DNA of 64,000 nt from contig CAVQNG010000005.1 of NCBI GenBank assembly GCA_963713825.1, forward strand, positions 96,001-160,000, in the 5' to 3' direction. The position numbers and the translations under genes were made by a program. The notes beneath the pieces are model-generated. The model searched no databases and was not told where the DNA came from. It worked only from the letters and a program-made list of their open reading frames with translations. Origin of the DNA: an uncultured Acidobacteriota bacterium. Its GTDB lineage: Bacteria > Acidobacteriota > Thermoanaerobaculia > Multivoradales > JAHEKO01. How positions within the stretch are numbered: position 1 is the first letter of the stretch; every line of letters starts with the position of its first letter. This document shows positions 1-9,975 of this stretch, in pieces.

Positions 1-749
1 AGTAGGGGATCTCCGAGTAGGTGTCCTTCAGGGCGAACACAGGAGGCGTGGATGAAGCTCGGGCCACCACCTCGTCGTGCTCGGGTGATCGCCTCCGAGG
101 CCACCCGCCACACGTTTTCCACGCGCGTACCATCGACTTCCACGGCTGGAATCCCGAATCCTCGGACCCGCTCGACCAGGTCGCCCGAGGTGACCTGCTT
201 CGATTCGGTCGTGATTGCCATCCCATTGTTCTTGCAGATGAACAGAACGGGGAGCTTCCAGGCTCCTGCCAGATTGAAGGACTCCAGCAGCATCCCCTGA
301 TTCATGGCACCCTCACCGAAGAACGCCACCGCCACGCGATCGGGTCTCAAATGCTGATGGGCGAGGGCGAATCCGCAGGCGAAGGGTCCCGAGCTGCCAA
401 CGATTCCCGAAGCAGCTGCCAGGAGCTCCTTGGACATCAAGTGCATGTGGCCGCCCAAGCCGCGACCCAGTCCGGCCTCGCTGCCGAGGCACTCCGCGAC
501 AATTGCGGTGAGATCGACACCCTTCATCACCATGGGTGGCGTCGAGCGATGATCAGCAGCGACCGCGTCTTCGTTGGTCAGGTGATCGAGGGCACCTGCG
601 ACGATCCCCTCTTCGCCGACGCCGAGGTGCATCTCGCCCGAGACGCGGCCTTCCTGCCAGAGCTTCGAGATCTCCTCTTCGAGCCGCCGGCTGGTGAGCA
701 TCGACCGGTAGAGTCCGGTCCGATCCGGTTCCTGCTTCCTGTCTCGCAA
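1..749 (-). CDS. Thiamine pyrophosphate-dependent dehydrogenase E1 alpha subunit (PDH/acetoin DH-like), 3' end outside the window
   Basis: Absent from the ORF track. Manual minus-strand translation from TTG at 749 gives LYRSMLTSRRLEEE..SGEMHLGVGEEG..DHRS..VAFFGEGAMNQGMLLESFNLAGAWKLPVLFICKNNG..RARRGGGPSFI, which carries the TPP-binding G(D/E)G..NN motif. Confidence 0.88.
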   Translation of the reverse strand, partial: MRDRKQEPDRTGLYRSMLTSRRLEEEISKLWQEGRVSGEMHLGVGEEGIVAGALDHLTNEDAVAADHRSTPPMVMKGVDLTAIVAECLGSEAGLGRGLGGHMHLMSKELLAAASGIVGSSGPFACGFALAHQHLRPDRVAVAFFGEGAMNQGMLLESFNLAGAWKLPVLFICKNNGMAITTESKQVTSGDLVERVRGFGIPAVEVDGTRVENVWRVASEAITRARRGGGPSFIHASCVRPEGHLLGDPL

Positions 750-949
750 TAGCGCTTCCCTGTTCCGAGGCTATCGCAGAGTCACAGAAGCCGTCGAATG
801 ACTGCGCCCTGCTGGAGGTGGCACTTTCCGAACTGGAATACGTATTGATCTGTTAAGTCCAGGGTGACTTTTCAAGAAGGTCGAAGAGCGGTACCTGAGG
901 AGTTCGGCAGATGGGCCTCGGTATCTGCAACTGCTGAAGGAGCAACGGG

Positions 950-2318
950 ATGAATCGAAACAGTCTGGGATACATAGTGTTGATGACAGCTTGCTTGCTG
1001 CTAGCGACCTCTCTGGTAGCGGACCCGGGACAGGAGTCTCTTCCGGAAGACGAGCTCGGGCCGGAAATCTGGGTAGACGGTCCAGGGACCGTTCTGGATG
1101 GAGGTGGCCCCAATGGTCCGCATGTCGCTGTCGACGAATTCGGCACGCGTGTCCATGTCTGGGAGGTGTTTGACACAACGGGAGGGGATCGAGACGATGT
1201 CTACGTGCGCCGTTTCGACGCTGATGGGATTGCCCTGGCGGATCCCGTCATGGTCAACACCCTGATCGACGAGGCGCAGCAGGACGCCCGGGTGGCGACC
1301 TCCTCGGACGGCTCGTTCCTGGTGATCTGGGAGAGTGCAGAGCCGAGTGCGACAAATCCCACTGTCGATCGGGACCGGGTTCGAAGCCAGGCCTTCGATG
1401 GTGACGGCAACAAGATTGGCACGGAGCAGCTGCTGAGCACCGTGTCGCCCGAGAGCCTCCAGCCACTTCATATCGATGTGGCTGCGCTGCGTGTCACCGA
1501 CGGCAGTCCCGGTGGCTACATCGTGGTCTGGGGTAGCTGGACCCCCAACGGGACAGACACCGGAAAGAACATCCAAGCACGCTTGGTGTCTCCGAATGGG
1601 ACGCCGTTCGGTGCCCAGTTCCAGGTCAATACCACCATCGCTGGGGATCAGACGCAACCGGCCGTCACCGAGCTCCCGGACGGAGGGTTCCTGGTGGTGT
1701 ACACATCACCGAACGAAACTACTATTGGGCCAGCGCCTCGACGCCGCGGGTAGTCCCGTAGGTAGCGAGATCCAAATCAACGTCACTTTAGAGACCGCTG
1801 TAGCACAGCCCGATGTCGAGCTCGGCTGGAACGGGGTCGTTGGAGTGATCTGGGAAGACGATGAGGCGTCCGGCGATGCCGACGAAATTCGAGCTCGGCT
1901 CTTCGACTCCGACATGAATCCACTGGGGCCCGACTTCCGGGTCAACAATCTGGGCACAGATGATCAGCGGCAGCCTTCGCTCGGCAACTATGGCCCCGCC
2001 GGCTTCCTGGCAGTCTGGGAGAGTGACGTGAACGTCACCGCCGGGGACGATGACAGTAGTCTCAGCGTCCAGGCCAGGCTCATCACGGGTCCGAACACCT
2101 TCGATGGGCTCCAGTTTCAGCTCAACGACTGGATCGCTGGTCGGCAGCACAACCCTGCTGTGTCGGGCTGGTACGGAAGACTGGGCAGCGCCTTTCGAAG
2201 TGATTCGAACATCGATGAGAACGGCGCCGTAATCACCGGTCGCCAGATCGAGCACTGCATCTTCTGTGATGACTTCGAGTGGGGCAGTGAGTGGCGCTGG
2301 CCGACGGTGGTCGAGTAG
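950..2318 (+). CDS. Secreted repeat-containing beta-rich protein with C-terminal IFCDDFE motif, split by a frameshift near 1720-1727
   Basis: Signal peptide. The motif VN(T/N)xxxxxQxxPxVxxxxxGxFxVxW recurs in ORF 950-1753 and continues in ORF 1476-2318 (TSPNETTI|LGQRLDAAG). Confidence 0.7.
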
Positions 2319-2334
2319 GTCGGATAGAGCCGTT

Positions 2335-2901
2335 CTAGGCCATTTCGGTGGACAGCTCGCGCCGCAACCATGCCTTGCTCTTGGACCAGTCGCGCTGTGC
2401 GGTTCTCAACGAGATGTCGAGAGCGTCGGCCGTCTCCTGCGGCGTGAGCCCGGCGAAGTAACGGCAGTCGAAGACCTGGGCCAAGCGTCCATCGAGGTCA
2501 CCAAGTCTCTCGAGGGCCTGGTCCAGGGCCAGAATCAGATCGGCCTGGCTTGCTTCGCCGATCTGCACCTTGTCGAGCGGCACCGGGGGGATGCCCGAAC
2601 CGCGTTTGGCGGCCGACTTGCGGCGGGCGTAGTCGACCAGAATCTGACGCATTGCACGCGCGGAGATAGCGTAGAAGTGGTTTCGGTCGCTGACCTGGAC
2701 GCGGGTCTGGTCCACCATGTTCATGTAGGCCTCGTGGACCAGCGCGGTCGTGTCGATCGTCTGGCCGGGTCGCAGGCGATTGAGCTGCTGGTGAGCGATC
2801 CTCTTCAAGTCCTCGTAGACCAGGGGCACGAGGCTCTTGAAGGCTTCAGGATTCCCTCCGCGATAAGCGATGAGGAGCTGCGTGATGTCGCCCTGCTTCA
2901 A
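2335..2901 (-). CDS. ECF sigma factor, TIGR02999/ECF43-like (kinase-associated)
   Basis: ITQLL..LVPLVYEDLKRIA..GQTIDTTALVHEAY..RQILVDYARRKSAAKRG..RDWSKSKAWL. TTG start at 2901 after GGGAGAG. Lies directly downstream of a kinase. Confidence 0.9.
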   Translation of the reverse strand: MKQGDITQLLIAYRGGNPEAFKSLVPLVYEDLKRIAHQQLNRLRPGQTIDTTALVHEAYMNMVDQTRVQVSDRNHFYAISARAMRQILVDYARRKSAAKRGSGIPPVPLDKVQIGEASQADLILALDQALERLGDLDGRLAQVFDCRYFAGLTPQETADALDISLRTAQRDWSKSKAWLRRELSTEMA

Positions 2902-3031
2902 TCTTGCTCTCCCGTGGCTCGCGAGCTGTTCGGCGAGGCTCGGCACCTCGATTATGAAGCCAGTCGTCGTCGAGTGGAAGCCCGCTGAAGAGGGCTACAC
3001 CCTCGGCGAACAGGGAATTGTGGCCTCTTCG

Positions 3032-5695
3032 TCACGACCCAACTGATGGAGTGCTGCGGCAAGCTCCAGCTCGGGCCTTGCCAATCAACCAGTGGTCCGG
3101 TGTCAGCTCGGCCTGCCGCAGCGCCAGACCTTCGCGCAATGCCGGCTCGGCCTGAGTCGGCTGGTCCGAATCGCACCAGATACTGCCAAGGCCGATCAGA
3201 GAATCGGCCAAGTTGAGCTTCGATCCGCCCTCACGCTGCACGGTGAGAGCGTCGAGGAGCAGCTGCTCGGCTTCCTCTAGATCGCCCTGACGCTGAAGGG
3301 CTTGCGCGAGGAGACTCTTGACCCGGGCAGTCGCCTGGTGCTCCTCGCCCAGGAGGCGTTCGAACCGCTCGAGAGTCGAACGATATGCGGCAACGGCAGA
3401 GTCGTGTTGCCCCAGAGCAGACTGACAGCTGGCGTGATTGATCTCGCAGGCGATGCGCTGGAAGTGGTCTTCGGAGACCGAGCCATGCATGATCTCGACC
3501 GACCTTCGGGTGAGCGGTTCGGCTTCCTGATAGCGCCCCTGATCCATCATCAGCCGCCCGATGTTACTCAGCACCTCTGCGACCTCGACATGGTCCGGGC
3601 CGAGGCGACGCTCGCTCACCGCGAGTGCCTGGCGGTAGAGCTGCTCTGCCTCTTCGAACCTGCCGGAATTGTGAAGGTTGAAGGCGACGTTGTTCGTGAG
3701 CTGGGCGACGACCGGATTCTCCTCACCGTACAGTCTCCGCAGTACCTCGAGGGACTCCTGCTTGAGCTCCAAGGCGACTTCGACGTCTCCGAGGTTTTCC
3801 AGTGTCGTGGCGAGAATATGGTTCGTCAGTGCGGCCTGCTCTTCGTTGCCGCTTTCTTGCCAGATGGCCAGGGTGCGACGAAGGATGGCTTCCGCCTCGG
3901 TGGCTTTCCCCACCGTGTTTCTGAGTTGAGCGAGATGGCCCAGGGTCACGGCCAGGTCTTCCGCCGAGACCGGATCTTCAGCCTCGTGCAGGTGAACGGC
4001 CTCGACCAGGAATGCGTCGCATTCGTCGTACTCACCTCGCGCAAAATGGATGGCACCGAGTGTGGTCAGGCTCTTGGCGAGCTCCATGTTGGCCTCGGGG
4101 CCCTCGGCTCGCAGGGAGGAGACCGAATCGCTGGCGAGGTCTGCGGCCTTGTCGAAGTCACCGATGCCCGTGTAGGCGCGGCTCATGACCTCGAGGAGTT
4201 GAGCGCGCAGGAAGGGTTCATCGGTGAGCTCGGTGCGAATGCGAGCTTCACCCTGGTCGAGCAGATCCCGAGCGGTAACCTGCTCTCCCGCCTCTTGGCG
4301 AGGGTTGGCTGCTTCGAACAGGCTGCTCAGGAGATCGGCGACGCGTTCGGCTCGCTGTGCCTGGAGCTGGGCCCGGTCTCGCTCGCGAGCAGCCACACGA
4401 CCCTGCCAGGCAATGGTCACGACTCCAGCCCCGAGGAGAAGGGAGATCAAAGCCGCTGCCGCAACGCTGAGCCGGTGCCGGACGACGAACTTCCCGGCCC
4501 GATATCTCCACGTGCTGCGCCGGGCATGGATCGGACGCCCTTCGAGATGTCGTTCGATGTCGTCTGACATCTCGATGACCGATGCGTAGCGTCTCTCGGG
4601 CTCCTTGCGAAGTGCCTTGAGAGCGATCGTGTCGAGGTCGCCTTCGAGACGCTTCTGTAACTTCTGGGGAGACAGGGGGGGAGCCTCGAGATTCTCTCCG
4701 CCCGCGCCTGCCTCGATGACCCGGCTTGGTGGTTTGGTGAGCGTTTGGGCTCGATCCTCCATGGGTCCACTGGAGTCAGAGCCGGAGCCGCGCAGGCGGT
4801 GGGGTGTCGTCCCGGTCAAGAGCCGGTACAACAAGACTCCCAGAGAGTAGACGTCAGTGGCGGTGGAGACAGCACGATTCTGGATCTGCTCTGGGGAGGC
4901 GTACTCGGGCGTCAACGGCTGGAAGGCGGTTGCCGGATCGCCCTCGGCTTCTTCGAGGATCTTGCCGACGCCGAAATCGAGCAGCTTCGCCTGTCGCTCG
5001 GCAGTTACCAGAATATTGCTGGGCTTGAGGTCGCGGTGCACGACGAGGTTCTGATGGGCGTACTGCGCAGCAGTACAAACCTGCCGCATCAGCTCGAGCC
5101 GATCTCGCACCGATAGGCCACGGTTGCGGCAATACTCGTCGATGGGTTCGCCGTCGACATACTCCATGACGAGATACGGGAAGCCCTCGTCAGTGACCCC
5201 GCCATCGAGAAGTCGGGCGATGCCTGGATGCTCCAGGCGGGCCAGAATCTGCCGTTCGATGAGGAATCGCCGCTCCTTTTCAGGCGTTTCCAGGCCCCGG
5301 GGTATCAGCTTGAGGGCGACGCTCTTCTCGAAGTGCTCGTCGGCGCGCTCGGCGAGATAGACGACACCCATGCCGCCGCGGCCAAGGACCTCGACGAGGC
5401 GGTAGCGGTCGATCGTCCGACCTGCCTGGTCGGTGTCGAGGGTCTCTCCGAGGTCGCTCGCCAGCCCTGCGAGCAGATCGGGAGTCCCCTCGCCGAGAGG
5501 CTGGTCCAGAATGTCTTCCTGATCCTGCGCTGCTGCGAAGAGCGCCTCGACTTCCTGACGGAGCTTCGAGTCGTCGCCGCACTGCTCCTGCAGGATCGAC
5601 TCGCGATCCGATGCGTCAGCAGCGTCGAGAATCTGATCGAGGATTCTCGCGACCCGCGCCCAGTTGTCCCGATCGGTATGAGCTAGTTCCGTCAT
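3032..5695 (-). CDS. Ser/Thr protein kinase, TM, TPR repeats (ECF-associated). The extreme C-terminus is probably frameshifted.
   Basis: GRGGMG, VALK, HRDLKPSN, DFG, TPEYASPEQ, TM segment, kinesin-light-chain-type TPRs. TPR-like text LELAAALHQLGRDEEA continues in another frame near 3070. Confidence 0.93.
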   Translation of the reverse strand: MTELAHTDRDNWARVARILDQILDAADASDRESILQEQCGDDSKLRQEVEALFAAAQDQEDILDQPLGEGTPDLLAGLASDLGETLDTDQAGRTIDRYRLVEVLGRGGMGVVYLAERADEHFEKSVALKLIPRGLETPEKERRFLIERQILARLEHPGIARLLDGGVTDEGFPYLVMEYVDGEPIDEYCRNRGLSVRDRLELMRQVCTAAQYAHQNLVVHRDLKPSNILVTAERQAKLLDFGVGKILEEAEGDPATAFQPLTPEYASPEQIQNRAVSTATDVYSLGVLLYRLLTGTTPHRLRGSGSDSSGPMEDRAQTLTKPPSRVIEAGAGGENLEAPPLSPQKLQKRLEGDLDTIALKALRKEPERRYASVIEMSDDIERHLEGRPIHARRSTWRYRAGKFVVRHRLSVAAAALISLLLGAGVVTIAWQGRVAARERDRAQLQAQRAERVADLLSSLFEAANPRQEAGEQVTARDLLDQGEARIRTELTDEPFLRAQLLEVMSRAYTGIGDFDKAADLASDSVSSLRAEGPEANMELAKSLTTLGAIHFARGEYDECDAFLVEAVHLHEAEDPVSAEDLAVTLGHLAQLRNTVGKATEAEAILRRTLAIWQESGNEEQAALTNHILATTLENLGDVEVALELKQESLEVLRRLYGEENPVVAQLTNNVAFNLHNSGRFEEAEQLYRQALAVSERRLGPDHVEVAEVLSNIGRLMMDQGRYQEAEPLTRRSVEIMHGSVSEDHFQRIACEINHASCQSALGQHDSAVAAYRSTLERFERLLGEEHQATARVKSLLAQALQRQGDLEEAEQLLLDALTVQREGGSKLNLADSLIGLGSIWCDSDQPTQAEPALREGLALRQAELTPDHWLIGKARAGACRSTPSVGS

Positions 5696-5773
5696 TGCAG
5701 GGGCGCAAAGATAGCAGACTGCCTGTGGCCCCTACTCGATCGGCCCGTGCCATGGTCTCTTGCTCAGCTCTTC

Positions 5774-5965
5774 CTAGCCGACTCTGCTGGCACCGCTGCT
5801 GGCTTCTGCTGATCGACCGAAGGCCGCCAGTCCAGCCAGTGAGCCGGCCAGAGCCGCCGTCCAGACCAGGTCGATGGGGCTCGCCATGCCCCGCAGGGCC
5901 GTGAGGCCCCAAGAGGGCAGGAAGAGGAGGAAGGTCAGGGTCCAGTAGGTCAGGAATCGTTGCAT
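5774..5965 (-). CDS. Small two-TM membrane protein
   Basis: 63 aa, hydrophobic, AGGAGG RBS upstream, co-oriented with neighbours. Confidence 0.6.
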   Translation of the reverse strand: MQRFLTYWTLTFLLFLPSWGLTALRGMASPIDLVWTAALAGSLAGLAAFGRSAEASSGASRVG

Positions 5966-6009
5966 GGGTCTAGCCTCCTTGTAGTTCCGGAGGCTAGATC
6001 CCGTGACTG

Positions 6010-6957
6010 TCAGATTCTGTCAGTCGTGTCGTCGGGAACGCGAGCCAGGTCCACTGGCTTGGAGGCTCGAACCATGGCTACGGCGGCGAAGATCACGCCT
6101 GTGGCCATCAACATTCGCACGGTGACTGTCTCGTCCAGGATCAGCCAGCCCAGAAACACGGCCACCACCACATTCAAGTAGGTGCTGCTGCTGACAATCG
6201 GTGCTGGCCAGTGGTCGAGGAGATACACATAGGCGGTGAACGAGACGATCGAGCCGAAGATGGCGAGATAGAGGACGGCCGCCACTCCCTCCCAGCTCCA
6301 TTCGAGCCTCTGCCATTCGCCGCGGACCAAACCGGCCACCGCCAGCGCGATGCCTCCGGCCAACATCTGTAGTGCGGCATTGACCACCGCACCGCTGGAG
6401 ATCGGATTGCGTTGGGAATAGACCGAGCCCAGGGACCAGGAGGCGGCAGCTCCCAGAATCGCCAGAGGTCCCCGCCAGTCCGCGTTGCGGAGCTCTTCGA
6501 GGTCGATCCCAATCAGGCTGACTGCAGCGACGAAACCCACCAGGAGCCCGACGAGTTGTGTCGCTGACGGTCGATAGCGTAGGCCAGGCAGGGTGGCGGC
6601 GAAGAGCACCATCCACAGAGGCGATGTGACGATGAAGATCGAAGCGAGGCCCGATTCGACGTACTGCTCGCCCCAGACCACCAGGCCGTTGCCGACCGCC
6701 AGTAGAAGGAGGCCGACGATGATGTTCGTGCGCCAATCGACTGCGCGGGTCGGCAGGGGTTGGCTGGTCAGCCGCGCCCAGGCAAAAAGGACCAGCCCGG
6801 CCAGCAGAAATCGGCTCGCGGCGAAAGTCGCCGGCGGCAAGTACCGCACACCGATGCGAATGGCCAGGTAGGTCGAGCCCCAGAAGAGACTGACCGTAGC
6901 GTAGGCGAGCAGGGTCGAGGCTTCGAGACTGAGGCGGGGTTGGTGGTTTGCGGACAT
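6010..6957 (-). CDS. EamA/DMT family transporter (YedA-like)
   Basis: FWGSTYLAIR..RFLLAG..YLAIFGSIVSF..YLNVVVAVFLGWLILDE; about 10 TMs. Confidence 0.9.
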   Translation of the reverse strand: MSANHQPRLSLEASTLLAYATVSLFWGSTYLAIRIGVRYLPPATFAASRFLLAGLVLFAWARLTSQPLPTRAVDWRTNIIVGLLLLAVGNGLVVWGEQYVESGLASIFIVTSPLWMVLFAATLPGLRYRPSATQLVGLLVGFVAAVSLIGIDLEELRNADWRGPLAILGAAASWSLGSVYSQRNPISSGAVVNAALQMLAGGIALAVAGLVRGEWQRLEWSWEGVAAVLYLAIFGSIVSFTAYVYLLDHWPAPIVSSSTYLNVVVAVFLGWLILDETVTVRMLMATGVIFAAVAMVRASKPVDLARVPDDTTDRI

Positions 6958-7036
6958 GGAGGGGAACTCTCTCGACTCGAGCCATTGTGATCGATCGCGA
7001 GGTCCAGAGTCGAGCCGACCCACTGCGGAAGACAGC

Positions 7037-7042
7037 TATAAT
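7037..7042 (+). promoter_or_regulatory. Putative sigma70 -10 element (TATAAT) upstream of the kinase at 7095
   Basis: Perfect TATAAT in a GC-rich divergent intergenic region; no clear -35. Confidence 0.4.
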
Positions 7043-7094
7043 CTGGCAACCATCCGAGAAGCACGTCCGGTTGGACCTAGAAAGGCGGAGACCC

Positions 7095-9785
7095 TTGATC
7101 GGCACCACGCTGTCGCAGTATCGAATCCTGGAGAAGCTCGGTGAGGGCGGAATGGGGGAGGTCTATCTCGCCGAGGACACTTCGTTGAAGCGAAAAGTGG
7201 CGTTGAAGGTCCTGCCGGCAGAGATGGCAGCCGATCCGGAGCGTCTGGCCCGCTTCAAGCGGGAAGCCGAGTCGGTAGCCGCCCTCAACCATCCCAACAT
7301 CGTGACCATTCACTCGGTCGAGGAGGTGGATGGCACCCACTTCCTGACCATGGAGTGGGTGGACGGCCAGACCCTGGGTCAGCTCATGTCCCGGGGTGCC
7401 ATGCCTTTGGAAAAGGTCTTCGAGCTGGGGGTGCCCATTGCCGACGCTTTGGCCTCAGCCCACGAGGAAGGCATCACGCACCGGGACTTGAAGCCCGCGA
7501 ATGTCATGGTGACAGGGAAGGGCAGGTTGAAGGTTCTCGACTTCGGTCTCGCCAAGCTGGCCATGGAGGGTGGTGAGGAAGGCTCGGATGAGCAACCGAC
7601 CCAGGCTCTGACGCAGGAAGGGCTAGCGGTCGGAACGGTGCCCTATATGTCCCCCGAGCAGGTGCGGGGCGAGGGCGTCGATTACCGAACCGACATCTTC
7701 TCGCTGGGAGTATTGCTCTATGAGATGGCGAGCGGCCAACGGCCCTTTGGGGGCAAGAGCTCGGCCGACCTGGTTTCGGCCATTCTGCGGGACCGGCCGC
7801 CGTCGGTGACCGAGATCAGGGCTGAGTTGCCCCATCACCTCGGTCGGGTGCTGCAGCGATGCATGGAGAAGGATCCCGAGAAGCGCTTCCAGACCGCCAA
7901 AGACGTCAAGAACGAGCTCGAAGGCCTGAAGCTCGAGGTCTCCTCCGGGGTGGCGCGATTGAGCAGCGCTTCGATGCCGGCAGCTCCGCCGGAGACTCCA
8001 ACCTCCGGTTCTCGTAAGGGCCTATGGATCGGTCTGGCCGCTGCAGCGGTGATCGCGTCGGTGCTTACGATGTTCTTCCTGCGATCGGACGACTCCGAGA
8101 CGCCGATTGCGGATCAGGCGGCAGTGGGAACCAGTGTGGCTGCCGCCACGGCCGATGACCGCATGATGGCCGTGGTTCTACCCTTCGAGAATCTGGGACT
8201 AGCCGAAGACGAGTTTTTCGCCGCCGGAATCACCGACGAGATCAGTGGACGACTCGCCTCGGTCAACAGCCTGGGCGTTATCTCGCGTCAGACTGCGGTC
8301 CGCTACGCCGACACGGAGAAGTCGATCCAGCAGATCGGTGACGAGTTGGAAGTGGACTACATCCTGGGCGGCACCGTGCGCTGGGGTGGTCAGGGCGACG
8401 GGGTGACCCGCGTGCGGATCTCACCCGAGCTCATTCGGGTGGCCGACGATCGGCAGATCTGGACTGAGACCTACGATCGGGAGATCGAAGACATCTTCGA
8501 GGTGCAGAGTGACATCGCCAACGAAGTCATCGACGCGCTCGGTGTGACTCTGATGGGTGGAGAGCAGGAGGAACTGGACGCCGCACCTACGGACAATGTA
8601 GAGGCCTACCGGGCTTTTCTCAAGGCGCGAGACCTGGAGCTTCACGGCGGCAGTCTCGAGGCACTCACGACGGAGGCCGAGGCCCAGTACTCGCGGGCGG
8701 TAGAGCTCGACCCAGGATTCGTCGAGGCCTGGAGTCGCCTGTCGATCCATCACTCCAACATGTACACCAGCTTCGACCGCACCGAGCAGAGGCTGTCGAA
8801 AGCCAAGGAGGCTTTGGAGAAAGCCGAAGCGCTGGGTCGCGATCTCCCCAAGGTGAGACAGGCGCGGGGCTTCTACCATTACTACGGTTTCCGGGAGTAC
8901 GACCTGGCCCTGGAAGAGTTCCAGGAGGCGTCTGCGGTTGTACCCAACGACTCCGAGTTGCGGGCCGCCATCGGCCTCATCTTTCGACGGCAGGGAAAGC
9001 TCGAGGAGGCACTGTCCGAATTCGAGGTGGCAGAAGAGCTCGATCCTCAGAATGGCAGTGTCTTGAACAATCTGTCATCGACTTTTCGTGCCATGAGACG
9101 AACCGAAGAGACCTTGGCAATCGATGACCGAATGCTGACCTTGAGCCCGGATGACAATTCCTATGCGAACAAGGCGGGGCACCTGGCTGCGTTGACGGGG
9201 GACCTGGCAGAAGCGCACAAGATTCTGGACCAGGCTGCAGGTTCGAGTGAGCTCTTTGTTTTCAGTTGGGCGAGTCAGCTTCTCAACGAGCGGGACTTCG
9301 TGGGCATCATCGATCGACTCGAGCCCATGGAGTCGGAGAACCCTCTCGTTCAGGCCTTCAGGTTCACGCTCCTCGGCTGGGCGAAGCGGATGGAATACGG
9401 CCTCGATGCGGCACGCGGTGATCTCGAGACGGCGATCAACCGGTTTGAAGCGATCCTCGAGGAAGCTCCGTCCAATGCGGATGTTCGACAGGCTCTCAGC
9501 CTGAGCCATGCCATGCTCGGCGACAGCGATGAGGCTCTTCGCGAGGCGCGCCTGGCTGTCGATCTGACTTCCAAGGATGCGTTTTCGGGACCGTCAGCGG
9601 TCGAGAATCTCGCTGCGGTCTATGCTCTGGTGGATCGCACCGACGATGCCCTTAAACAGATCGAGCGGTTGCTAGCTATGGACTACGTCAATTCCCTCAC
9701 CGTGCATCGCCTCCGGTACGAGTTCCAGTGGGACCCGCTGCGGGATGACCCCAGGTTCCAGAAGCTGATAGAGGAACATAGCTAG
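7095..9785 (+). CDS. Ser/Thr protein kinase, TM, TolB_N-like domain and TPRs
   Basis: TTG start (LIGTTLSQY) after GGAG. GEGGMG, HRDLKPAN, DFG, GTVPYMSPEQ, AVVLPFENLG, TPRs, WDPLRDDPRF C-terminus. Confidence 0.93.
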   Translation: MIGTTLSQYRILEKLGEGGMGEVYLAEDTSLKRKVALKVLPAEMAADPERLARFKREAESVAALNHPNIVTIHSVEEVDGTHFLTMEWVDGQTLGQLMSRGAMPLEKVFELGVPIADALASAHEEGITHRDLKPANVMVTGKGRLKVLDFGLAKLAMEGGEEGSDEQPTQALTQEGLAVGTVPYMSPEQVRGEGVDYRTDIFSLGVLLYEMASGQRPFGGKSSADLVSAILRDRPPSVTEIRAELPHHLGRVLQRCMEKDPEKRFQTAKDVKNELEGLKLEVSSGVARLSSASMPAAPPETPTSGSRKGLWIGLAAAAVIASVLTMFFLRSDDSETPIADQAAVGTSVAAATADDRMMAVVLPFENLGLAEDEFFAAGITDEISGRLASVNSLGVISRQTAVRYADTEKSIQQIGDELEVDYILGGTVRWGGQGDGVTRVRISPELIRVADDRQIWTETYDREIEDIFEVQSDIANEVIDALGVTLMGGEQEELDAAPTDNVEAYRAFLKARDLELHGGSLEALTTEAEAQYSRAVELDPGFVEAWSRLSIHHSNMYTSFDRTEQRLSKAKEALEKAEALGRDLPKVRQARGFYHYYGFREYDLALEEFQEASAVVPNDSELRAAIGLIFRRQGKLEEALSEFEVAEELDPQNGSVLNNLSSTFRAMRRTEETLAIDDRMLTLSPDDNSYANKAGHLAALTGDLAEAHKILDQAAGSSELFVFSWASQLLNERDFVGIIDRLEPMESENPLVQAFRFTLLGWAKRMEYGLDAARGDLETAINRFEAILEEAPSNADVRQALSLSHAMLGDSDEALREARLAVDLTSKDAFSGPSAVENLAAVYALVDRTDDALKQIERLLAMDYVNSLTVHRLRYEFQWDPLRDDPRFQKLIEEHS

Positions 9786-9807
9786 CGCCCTCTCGCGCGA
9801 GGCTCGA

Positions 9808-9876
9808 GGGCTAATGGGCTTAAGGGCGTAGGGGCCTAGGGGATTTGGCGGGCTTGGGTCCTGGGAGGGCTCTGGG
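9808..9876 (+). repeat. G3N5 octamer run plus CCCAGGACCCAAGCCC module (partial mosaic repeat, locus E)
   Basis: GGGCTAAT GGGCTTAA GGGCGTAG GGGCCTAG GGGATTTG, then GGGCTTGGGTCCTGGG, which is shared with other intergenic loci. Confidence 0.75.
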
Positions 9877-9975
9877 TGTCATACAATCAGGCGCAGCTTC
9901 CGTTGGTCGAACAGTGAGGTGGACGAGTCGGACCTTCGTGACCGGTCCGGGTTGGCTTGAAAAGGAGAACAGGCA

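Noticed and set aside
21-752. 243-aa plus-strand ORF
   Set aside because: Shadow of the minus-strand E1-alpha gene.
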